From: Patescibacteria group bacterium
GTDB taxonomy: Bacteria > Patescibacteriota > Patescibacteriia > SG8-24
Direction of reading: 5' to 3'
Length of the DNA: 64,000 bases
Assembly (NCBI GenBank): GCA_041667185.1
Contig: JBAYFM010000004.1
Coordinates: 9,097 to 73,096, forward strand
This document shows, piece by piece, positions 9,445 to 16,355 of the stretch. Within the stretch, counting starts at the first letter, position 1, and each line of letters opens with the position of its first letter. The notes below the pieces were generated by a model. That model was not told where the DNA came from, did no database searches, and was given only the letters and a program-made list of their open reading frames with translations. The position numbers and the translations under genes were made by a program.

Positions 9445-9836
9445 TGGTGGAGATGGGGAGATTTGAACTCCCGTCTGGCGAGGTATTTCCCGACACTTCT
9501 ACAAGCGTATTCCGTTTGGTATTTCGGCTCGGCGGTGAGAAACGGAATAAACCCGCCGGACCTATCCCCTGCAATGGTCGGCCTGTCCGCCGGGGCCGCG
9601 GTCAGGCTCTGTCCGATAGATGACACCGGGATCCCGCTTATCGGACGTCAGCGGGGCCGATGGGTTCGCGCGTTACGCGAGAACCGGAGCGAATGAAGGC
9701 GCGAAGGCGTTAGCCAGGGCGGTCTTCACCCGATTGACCAAGTTTGCACTTGTTCAGTATCCGTTGATTTACGAGGTAACGGACGTCCTCGGCTCGCATG
9801 CCGTGAAAAAAACTCCCATCGATGCCTGGCATCCCC
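9445..9836 (-). ncRNA. ssrA: tmRNA (ssrA), standard one-piece
   Basis: On the reverse strand the 5' end GGGGAUGCCAGGCAUCGAUGGGAG pairs with the 3' end ...GACGGGAGUUCAAAUCUCCCCAUCUCCACCA. Acceptor stem is 7 bp with G3:U, the T-arm is GGGAG/UUCAAAU/CUCCC, and CCA is encoded. The putative tag frame is GCA AAC UUG ... GUU CUC GCG UAA, giving ANLVNRVKTALANAFAPSFAPVLA*. The gene is directly downstream of smpB and is followed by a hairpin plus U-tract. Confidence 0.8.
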
Positions 9837-9909
9837 AGGCGGCTGATTGGCTGCTTAGCTGACGGCTCATGGCCAATGGCCAACTGCTATCAGCTATCGG
9901 GCTAACCAG

Positions 9910-10350
9910 CTACTTCATCGCGCGGCGCACCTCCCTATCAAGCTCGCGCCTCTTGATCGTCTCCTTTTTCTCATACTGCTTCTTGCCGCGCGCCAGACCG
10001 AACTCTAATTTGATGCGCGACCCCTTAGTATAAGCAGAAAGAGGCACTAAAGTCAATCCTTTCTGCTCCATTTTTCCCATAAGTCTCAGCAATTCCCGCT
10101 TGTGGAGCAAGAGTTTGCGCGTGCGCCGGGCGTCATACCCCGGCAGCGGTCCGGCTTTGGGGAAAGGCGGGATCTGAGCATTCATGAGCCAGGCCGAGCC
10201 GCGATTCAGGGTCACGAATGATCCGGTCAGGCTCATCTTGTCGTCGCGAACGGACTTGACCTCGTGACCCAGGAGCTCCAAACCAGCCTCGAACTTCTCG
10301 AGGATCTGATAGTCATAATGCGCTTTTTTGTTCTCGGCCAATCTGGGCAT
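9910..10350 (-). CDS. smpB: SsrA-binding protein SmpB
   Basis: HYDYQILEKFEAGLELLGHEVKS...GSFVTL...AWLMNAQIPPF...RTRKLLLHKRELLRL, with a Lys/Arg-rich C-terminal tail. Confidence 0.9.
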   Translation of the reverse strand: MPRLAENKKAHYDYQILEKFEAGLELLGHEVKSVRDDKMSLTGSFVTLNRGSAWLMNAQIPPFPKAGPLPGYDARRTRKLLLHKRELLRLMGKMEQKGLTLVPLSAYTKGSRIKLEFGLARGKKQYEKKETIKRRELDREVRRAMK

Positions 10351-10410
10351 AAAATTCGGCTATCCGCACTGTAACACCGAACACTCCCCCGCTCAATGCC
10401 GCGGCTGGCG

Positions 10411-12297
10411 TCATTCGACCGGGACCGTCGGATCGTCCGCGATGAGGCCGCGATCCTTGAGGACGGAAAAACGGTGCGCGACGAACCCTTGGTAATCAGC
10501 GCTGCCCGGGACGAGGTCGTAACGCATGGCGCGCGTGAGATCGTCCAGCGAGCGCTGGCTGTCGGCCGTGGCCTCGATGGCGCGGGCGGCCTTGGCATAA
10601 AGAACGTTCGCAACGAACTGGCGCAGCGCGGGCTGATCCGCGAGTTCGGCTTCGGCGGGCAGGACTGGCGGTTCGAAACCCGGACCAGGATCGCGGCGCG
10701 TGCCGTCACGCAGGAACTCGAAATGCAAACCGTCGGCGCGCGACCGCCAGCCGGACACCAGCGAATCCGCGGCGAAAGTGAGGAAGAGCGGCCGCCCGGC
10801 GAAACGCTCGTCAGCCAGGACCGCCGCGAGCAGCCGCTTCTGCTCGACGCGCAGATTCGCGTCGTCATACGGCACCGGCAACACCGGCGTCGTGAAGCAG
10901 CTCATGCCGGAATCCTCGACGATCGTCACGTCGGGACGCAGATGCTCGACGACGCGCAGATAAGCCAAAGAGAGAACAACCGTGTCGTGGGTGAAGACGC
11001 CGCCTTTGACCACGAGCACCGCGTCCGGCGGCAAAGTTTCGAGAACGCGGCGGCTGTAAGCCTCCACGAAACCGTCGGAATAAGCCGCGACCTGGACCAG
11101 ATTGTTCGCGATGAACAGGATGGGCAGCGCCAAAAGAAAGACCGCCGCGGCCAGCCGCAAGAACAGCCGCCGCCCGGGCTCAGTGAGCGATCGCACGGCC
11201 GCGGCCGCGCCGACGGCAGCCAAGACAGCCAGGAACAAGTAGCCGCCGACCGAGTAGACCCGCGCCAGATATTCAGTAGTCTCGTTCAGGGCGGAAGCGC
11301 GCAATAATTGGGTGAGCGGCGCTCCGAAAACTATGCCGAGCGACGCCAGACCCGCGACCCAGGCGACCCGAAGACGGCGCGTCCGCAGCAGCAGGAAACC
11401 ACCGACGGCGGCCAAGCCGATCACGAGCGGACCGAGATAGACGGCGAGATGCCAGAAAGACACTCCGACCAGACTAATCTTGTTGTAGGACAACAGGCCG
11501 AAATCCTGATGGCGGCGGAACACCAGGTCCAAAAATCCGCTCAAGCCTTCAGCCGGCTGAAAGATGAAAGGCGCTCCAAGCCAGGCAGCCAGCGGCAGAT
11601 ACAGATACGGTGAGAGACCGAGCGCCAAGCCGCCGACGGCCGAGCGCCAGGCGTGACCAGATGTCCATGCGCGCAGCTCAATCAAAACGGCGGCGAGGAT
11701 GACGAGCGGCAAGGACGCGGCGGCCAAAAAAAGGTGGTTGGCGCCGGCCAGGCCGACGAATAAGAAAAACCAGAAGAGCCGACGAGGGCTGGAAGCCGCG
11801 GCGTAACGGATCAGCATGACCACGACCAGGGAGAGCAGCAAGGCGTGCAGCGGGTAGACCTGGGCATAGAGCGCCTGACCCCACCAGACGCTGGAATACG
11901 CCGCTTGCAGCAATATCGAGGCGATGGCGATCTTCTCCAGCCAGCTCACGCTCCCCCGAAGCGCGAGATAGGCGCGCTCGGCGATCCAGTAAGCCGCGGC
12001 CACGGCAGCGGCGGCGCAGACGGCGGAGAACAACGCGATCCGCCAGGGTATCGTCCCGAACGGCAGCCAGGAAAAGACGTGAGCCAGAAGCACGTAAAGC
12101 GGGTAGCTTGAGGGATGCGGGATCCCCAAAACCGCCGCGACCGTGACGAACTCGCCGCTGTCTTCGAAGGACACCGTGCGCGGCAGGGTCGGCAAATAAG
12201 CCGCCAAAGACAAAACGAACAAGACGACCGGAACAAAGACGGTCGAACGCCCCAGATCAGCCAATTTCTGCCTCAATCGATCCATATCACTGCCCAT
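10411..12297 (-). CDS. Large polytopic membrane protein, DUF2723/GT-C-like (putative glycosyltransferase, PMT-like)
   Basis: Twelve or more TM helices. N-terminal motif SFEDSGEF in the first loop resembles the catalytic-loop DE motif of GT-C/PMT-like families. Family assignment is from memory of the motif only. Confidence 0.5.
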   Translation of the reverse strand: MGSDMDRLRQKLADLGRSTVFVPVVLFVLSLAAYLPTLPRTVSFEDSGEFVTVAAVLGIPHPSSYPLYVLLAHVFSWLPFGTIPWRIALFSAVCAAAAVAAAYWIAERAYLALRGSVSWLEKIAIASILLQAAYSSVWWGQALYAQVYPLHALLLSLVVVMLIRYAAASSPRRLFWFFLFVGLAGANHLFLAAASLPLVILAAVLIELRAWTSGHAWRSAVGGLALGLSPYLYLPLAAWLGAPFIFQPAEGLSGFLDLVFRRHQDFGLLSYNKISLVGVSFWHLAVYLGPLVIGLAAVGGFLLLRTRRLRVAWVAGLASLGIVFGAPLTQLLRASALNETTEYLARVYSVGGYLFLAVLAAVGAAAAVRSLTEPGRRLFLRLAAAVFLLALPILFIANNLVQVAAYSDGFVEAYSRRVLETLPPDAVLVVKGGVFTHDTVVLSLAYLRVVEHLRPDVTIVEDSGMSCFTTPVLPVPYDDANLRVEQKRLLAAVLADERFAGRPLFLTFAADSLVSGWRSRADGLHFEFLRDGTRRDPGPGFEPPVLPAEAELADQPALRQFVANVLYAKAARAIEATADSQRSLDDLTRAMRYDLVPGSADYQGFVAHRFSVLKDRGLIADDPTVPVE

Positions 12298-12482
12298 GAT
12301 ATAACAAACCGCGGCAACTGGTAACTAGCAACCAGTCACTAGTGACTAGTCGCTGGTGGCTCGCGGGCTTTACAGTTGTCCAAAAATGGCCTAAGATAGC
12401 CTCCATAATCAACGTAGTCATCTTAACCCCCACGGCCTTGCGCATCTCCAGGAGACGTTTCAAACCCAAGGAACCAGCAGTC

Positions 12483-12986
12483 ATCTTTTTGATCAACGAA
12501 CAGATCCGCTTCCCCGAACTGCGCGTCATCACCGACGACGGCGAACATCTGGGCGTGATCACGTCCGCCGAGGCGCTCCAGAAGGCCCGGGAACGCGAAC
12601 AGGACCTGGTGATCATCCAGCCGAAGGCCGAACCGCCGGTCGCCAAGATCATTGATTTCGGCAAATTCAAATACGAGCGGGACAAGGAGATCCGCAAGCA
12701 GAAATCCAAGGTCAAGACGGTCGAGGTCAAAGGCATCCGCCTCTCGGTCCGCATCGGCGAACACGATCTGAACATCCGTAAAGACAAGGCCAAGGAGTTC
12801 CTCGACGACGGCGACAAGGTGAAAGTCGAGATCATCCTGCGCGGCCGCGAGAAACGGCACGGCGAACTAGCCCAGAAGATCATCGAGCAATTCGTGGCCG
12901 CGGTGAACAAGGAAATGCCCGTGAAGGTCGAGCAACCGATCACTCGCCAGGGCGGACAGTTGACAAGCATCATCGGCAAAGCGTAA
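12483..12986 (+). CDS. infC: Translation initiation factor IF-3. The true start is uncertain and probably non-AUG, as is typical for infC.
   Basis: LINEQIRFPELRVITDDGEHLGVITSAEALQKARE...DLVIIQPKAEPPVAKIIDFGKFKYE...VKGIRL...LRGRE. The ORF track starts at GTG 12342, but homology begins near 12480. AAGGA at 12467 precedes ATC 12483. Confidence 0.8.
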   Translation: MFLINEQIRFPELRVITDDGEHLGVITSAEALQKAREREQDLVIIQPKAEPPVAKIIDFGKFKYERDKEIRKQKSKVKTVEVKGIRLSVRIGEHDLNIRKDKAKEFLDDGDKVKVEIILRGREKRHGELAQKIIEQFVAAVNKEMPVKVEQPITRQGGQLTSIIGKA

Positions 12987-13082
12987 TATCCTGGCGTTGC
13001 CGCTCAGCGCGGCTGGCGGGCCCAGAGCCCGTTTTAATGCCTTTTGAGAAGCGGACGAGATCACGAACCGCTGACCAACGTT

Positions 13083-13262
13083 ATGAAAACCCACAAAGCC
13101 ATCTCGAAAAGATTCAAGATCACGAGGACCGGCAAAGTCCTGAAGCGGGTCGCCGGACAGGACCATTACAATTCCCGCGAGCCGGGCAAGGTCACGCGCA
13201 ACAAGCGCCGCGACTCGCAGCTCGAGGGCCGGGTCGCCCGGAACGTCAAAAAAGCCATCTAA
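13083..13262 (+). CDS. rpmI: 50S ribosomal protein L35
   Basis: MKTHKAISKRFKITRTGKVLKR...; 59 aa. Confidence 0.9.
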   Translation: MKTHKAISKRFKITRTGKVLKRVAGQDHYNSREPGKVTRNKRRDSQLEGRVARNVKKAI

Positions 13263-13289
13263 CGCCGCCAACCGTAACACCGAACTGTT

Positions 13290-13637
13290 ATGCCGAGAGT
13301 CAAACGCGGAAAACTCCACCTCAAGCGCCGCAAGAACCTGCTCGCCCAGACCAAGGGCTTCATGTGGGGCCGCAAGAGCAAGATCAAGCTCGCCAAGGTG
13401 GCCGTCTACAAGTCCGGCAAGAACGCCTACACTGGCCGCAAGCTCAAGAAGCGCGATATGCGCGGACTGTGGCAGACCAGGATCGGCGCCGCCGCCCGGG
13501 TCGAAGGCCTGAGCTACAGCAAGCTCATCGGCGACCTGCACAAAGCCGGCATCACCCTGAATCGCAAGTCCTTGGCCGCTCTCGCCGCCAAGTATCCGGA
13601 AGCCTTCAAGGCCGTGATCGCCGCGACGAAGAAGTAA
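13290..13637 (+). CDS. rplT: 50S ribosomal protein L20
   Basis: MPRVKRGKLHLKRRKNLLAQTKGFMWGRKSK... Confidence 0.95.
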   Translation: MPRVKRGKLHLKRRKNLLAQTKGFMWGRKSKIKLAKVAVYKSGKNAYTGRKLKKRDMRGLWQTRIGAAARVEGLSYSKLIGDLHKAGITLNRKSLAALAAKYPEAFKAVIAATKK

Positions 13638-13648
13638 GTGACGCAGAA

Positions 13649-13678
13649 AAAACCGCCCTTAACGGGGCGGTTTTTTGA
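13649..13678 (+). terminator. Rho-independent terminator after rplT
   Basis: aaaaaaccgcccttaacggggcggtttttt. Confidence 0.75.
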
Positions 13679-13720
13679 GAGACGGAGTGCTGGAGAGACG
13701 GAGTGCAGGAGTCCGGGGAT
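13676..13720. repeat. Intergenic repeat locus D (GAGACGGAGTGC units)
   Basis: gagagacggagtgctggagagacggagtgcaggagtcc. Confidence 0.55.
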
Positions 13721-13745
13721 ACGTTCGCGAACGACGCATCTCCGT

Positions 13746-13782
13746 CCTTCGGTGTCAGGCACCTGGAGTGCCTGACACCGAA
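13746..13782. promoter_or_regulatory. 16-bp perfect inverted repeat hairpin (cttcggtgtcaggcac / gtgcctgacaccgaag, loop ctgga); related motif repeated at 13828-13850
   Basis: Direct reading; ggtgtcaggcac occurs three times in 13746-13850. Confidence 0.5.
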
Positions 13783-13889
13783 GCATCATCAAATGAGCTT
13801 AAAAATGATGCCATGACCTAGGGTGCCTGTCCCCTCGGTGTCAGGCACCGGGGACGGACCGCCTTTCGCGGCCCGGCGGTTTTCTTTAC

Positions 13890-13950
13890 GAACGGGAGAG
13901 TGCCGGAGTGCTGGAATGCCGGAGGGCTTCGTCACTCCCTGACTCCGTAA
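13890..13950. repeat. Intergenic repeat locus E
   Basis: gggagagtgccggagtgctggaatgccggag...cactccctgactccgta. Confidence 0.5.
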
Positions 13951-14090
13951 CTTTATCACTCCCAATCTTGACAAACCGCCTTATTTCTGCTATAGTTAGC
14001 CGTTTCAAGAATTGTGCTTGAAACCAGGCCAAAATTTCAGTTCGTTGAAAATTCACGGAACGATCAACCCTTTCAGAAGAGGAGAACGTC

Positions 14091-14459
14091 ATGACCAAAA
14101 AGAACGGAACGACACCGTCCGAGATCCAACCAGTCGTAACCGAGGGGGAACCCATGCCGAACGAACGCGAGATCGATGATCTGGAAGCTGGTGCCGAACT
14201 TCAACAGGTAGCCGAGCACGAACAGAAGATGAAGCGTGCCGGTCGGACCACCCTCGGCGCTTTCATCATCCTGCTGGTCGGCCTCCTACTCTACGGCATC
14301 GCCAGCGTTGTCGACAGCAAGACGAAAAGCGGCGTCACGGTCATCGTCCCGGCCGTCAAAGGCGTCGACGCCTCGGACTGCAGACCGGGACAGTGGCGCG
14401 TCGAAGGCAATCAACTGGTGTTCACGGAATGTGCGAAGGCGATGTTCAACGGAAAGTGA
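14091..14459 (+). CDS. Membrane-anchored hypothetical protein with C-terminal DCx7VxGx3VFxxC motif
   Basis: RBS-like gaggag upstream. Central TM (TLGAFIILLVGLLLYGIASVV). C-terminus is DCRPGQWRVEGNQLVFTECAK. Confidence 0.45.
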   Translation: MTKKNGTTPSEIQPVVTEGEPMPNEREIDDLEAGAELQQVAEHEQKMKRAGRTTLGAFIILLVGLLLYGIASVVDSKTKSGVTVIVPAVKGVDASDCRPGQWRVEGNQLVFTECAKAMFNGK

Positions 14460-14546
14460 TCATCGCCTCGCGGGAACCTGCCGACCGCCGGCCAACCGCC
14501 GGCCTCGGCAGTCTCCATCCGCCGAGCAAAACGAAAGGAACGGGTC

Positions 14547-15377
14547 ATGAAGATCACGACCAAGGGAACCGACCAGCAAGGTTGCGTGGGAGAACCCCTG
14601 CAGCCTCTCCAGGTCTGGCTCAAGGAAGAGTGCGGGCTCATCAACATGCCGGTGCACTTCCGGCTGATCAAGGGTCGCGGAAAATTCACGCATCGCGACG
14701 AACGGACTGATTGGTCCGGCGAAGCGATCGCGGAATTCATTCCCGAAGCGGCTGGGCCGTATACGATCGATTGTCTGATCGGCCGCCGCGAACAGAAAGG
14801 GCAAACGATGCAGAAAGTCTCGTTCACGGGACAGATTTCCCCAGCAGCACCGCCGAAGTCCGACTTCACAAGCGACATCTCGCAGATGATCGATGAGGAA
14901 CTGGCTGTGGCGGACCAATCCAAGGTCTCCGCGCCAGCGACGGAATCACCGGCGCCGACATCGTCGTTCGAGACGCTGTTGGCGGCAGAACTGGCGGTCG
15001 ATGAAGACCTGCCGCCGGCCGAACAGATCGAGCCGGTCGAGCCGCAAGCGCCTCCCCCGCCGGAGACGCCCCCAGCGGAACCCGAGACGGAACCGCTGTC
15101 CAAGCCGGTCGAGCCGGAAAATCTCCGGGACCGCGAAGACAATGCGCAATTCCAGAACGAGGACGTTTCGACCCCGAACTGGAAACAGAAGATCGTCTGG
15201 GCCGTCATGGCTCTGGCGATCGGCGGTTTCCTGGCGATCATTGCCAACCTCGACCGAAAGGGTCAGCTGCCGACCGCCGGAAACTCCGGAACCGGAAGCA
15301 TCGACTGCACTCAGGCCGCTGTCCAGGTCGTTGACGGCGACAAATTCGTCTTCAGCGGCTGCGTCAAACAGCCTTAA
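14547..15377 (+). CDS. Hypothetical protein with acidic, Pro-rich linker, C-terminal TM, and the same C-terminal Cys motif as the upstream gene
   Basis: C-terminal TM (IVWAVMALAIGGFLAIIA) and C-terminus DCTQAAVQVVDGDKFVFSGCVKQP. Apparent paralogous module of 14091-14459. Confidence 0.45.
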   Translation: MKITTKGTDQQGCVGEPLQPLQVWLKEECGLINMPVHFRLIKGRGKFTHRDERTDWSGEAIAEFIPEAAGPYTIDCLIGRREQKGQTMQKVSFTGQISPAAPPKSDFTSDISQMIDEELAVADQSKVSAPATESPAPTSSFETLLAAELAVDEDLPPAEQIEPVEPQAPPPPETPPAEPETEPLSKPVEPENLRDREDNAQFQNEDVSTPNWKQKIVWAVMALAIGGFLAIIANLDRKGQLPTAGNSGTGSIDCTQAAVQVVDGDKFVFSGCVKQP

Positions 15378-15544
15378 GTCCAGTTCGGTCCCTCACTAGC
15401 CGCCGAGCTCTCAGCTCGGCGGTTTTTCTTATCCGAGCGCGCGGAACCGGCTCTGCCAGGCCGGGGTCTTGATGAAAAAACGTAAATAGTCTACGATACT
15501 TTTGCTAAAAGCAGCGGTAGCACATCCGACAACTGATCGCGCGT

Positions 15545-15611
15545 GGGTCCGTGGTGTAGCCCGGTTAACACGGGCCGCAGTACTGCGGCCAGACCGAGGG
15601 TTCGAATCCGC
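15545..15611 (+). pseudogene. Pseudo-tRNA copy 1, derived from tRNA-Asp. The anticodon arm is replaced by the 18-nt perfect palindrome GGCCGCAGTACTGCGGCC, and the copy is truncated in the T-arm by the GIY-YIG ORF.
   Basis: GGGTCCGTGGTGTAGCCCGGTTAACACG is identical to the 5' half of tRNA-Asp at 15970. The palindrome then occupies 15573-15590, followed by AGACCGAGGGTTCGAATCC. Preceded by the same 25-nt leader (acatccgacaactgatcgcgcgtgg) as the real tRNA-Asp. Confidence 0.65.
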
Positions 15612-15869
15612 ATGATAACCACCCTTTACGTCATCAAAAATACAAAAGGCAACTACTATATCGGAGTCACTGGAGATATTCACCGGAGACTGATCGAACA
15701 CAATTCGGGAACAAGTCTTGCTACCAGAGGAAGGGGTCCGTGGAAACTGGTGTATACGGAAACTTTCCTTTCGCCGCAAGAGGCGAAAAAACGCGAGTAT
15801 CAGATCAAGCAAAAGAAACGGAAATCATACATTGATTGGTTGATAAATGCGCGTGGGTCCGTGGTGTAG
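15612..15869 (+). CDS. Small GIY-YIG (URI-domain, YhbQ-like) nuclease, second copy
   Basis: MITTLYVIKNTKGNYYIGVTGDIHRRLIEHNSG...WKLVYTETF...EAKKREYQIKQ. The ATG starts 2 nt after the T-loop of pseudo-tRNA copy 1, and the stop TAG lies inside the D-arm of pseudo-tRNA copy 2. Confidence 0.75.
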   Translation: MITTLYVIKNTKGNYYIGVTGDIHRRLIEHNSGTSLATRGRGPWKLVYTETFLSPQEAKKREYQIKQKKRKSYIDWLINARGSVV

Positions 15870-15914
15870 CCCGGTTAACACGGGCCGCAGTACTGCGGCC
15901 AGACCGAGGGTTCG
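15856..15914 (+). pseudogene. Pseudo-tRNA copy 2 (5' acceptor, D-arm, palindromic arm, partial T-arm GAGGGTTCGATGCC)
   Basis: Same as copy 1 up to the T-loop; no acceptor 3' strand. Confidence 0.6.
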
Positions 15915-15969
15915 ATGCCAATCATCCTGATCAAAACAGAGGTCGTACATCCGACAACTGATCGCGCGT

Positions 15970-16047
15970 GGGTCCGTGGTGTAGCCCGGTTAACACGTCT
16001 CCCTGTCACGGAGAAGACCGAGGGTTCGAATCCCTTCGGACCCGCCA
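15970..16047 (+). tRNA. tRNA-Asp (anticodon GUC)
   Basis: Acceptor GGGTCCG/CGGACCC. D-arm GTGT-AGCCCGGTTA-ACAC. Anticodon arm TCTCC-CTGTCAC-GGAGA. Variable region AGACC. T-arm GAGGG-TTCGAAT-CCCTT. Discriminator G and encoded CCA. Confidence 0.85.
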
Positions 16048-16048
16048 T

Positions 16049-16081
16049 AAAAGAACTGTTCATGTCGAACGGTTCTTTTAT
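16049..16081. terminator. Hairpin flanked by A- and T-runs (bidirectional terminator-like)
   Basis: aaaagaactgttcatgtcgaacggttctttt. Confidence 0.5.
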
Positions 16082-16091
16082 TTTGCCGCTC

Positions 16092-16170
16092 CTGCCCATG
16101 GTGTAGCCCGGTTAACACGGGCCGCAGTACTGCGGCCAGACCGAGGATTCGAATCCCTTCGGACCCGCCA
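16092..16170 (+). pseudogene. Pseudo-tRNA copy 3: degenerate 5' acceptor strand (CTGCCCA), D-arm, palindromic GGCCGCAGTACTGCGGCC arm, T-arm, acceptor 3' strand CGGACCC and GCCA
   Basis: Direct reading; the acceptor stem cannot form. Confidence 0.6.
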
Positions 16171-16173
16171 CGT

Positions 16174-16201
16174 AAAAACCGCAGCGCAAGCTGTGGTTTT
16201 T
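16174..16201 (+). terminator. Rho-independent terminator
   Basis: aaaaaccgcagcgcaagctgtggttttt. Confidence 0.6.
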
Positions 16202-16355
16202 ACGTACCACGTGGACTGCCTGAAAGGTAGTCTTTACGTGGTCGACCACGGGGGCTCTTGACATTTTTTTTTTGCTATCCGCTATACTCCACCCCGCTCA
16301 CTCAACTGAGCGCCCTAAGCACTCGTTTGGGGCAACCGAAAACAGGAGACGAGAG

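Noticed and set aside
9292-9836. Two-piece (permuted) tmRNA
   Set aside because: A complete standard tmRNA with paired 5' GGGGAUG and 3' CAUCUCCACCA ends is present at 9445-9836. The extra 3' fragment is better explained as a duplication.
9237-9862. Small ORFs (129, 60, 77, 80 aa) over the tmRNA region
   Set aside because: Region is explained by tmRNA, its terminator and the duplicated 3'-end element.
10233-10868. 211-aa ORF overlapping the 5' region of the 628-aa membrane protein gene
   Set aside because: Alternative frame of the larger, TM-helix-rich ORF. Arg/Ser-rich low-complexity translation.
15968-16261. 97-aa ORF spanning tRNA-Asp and pseudo-tRNA copy 3
   Set aside because: Covered entirely by tRNA and pseudo-tRNA sequence and terminators.
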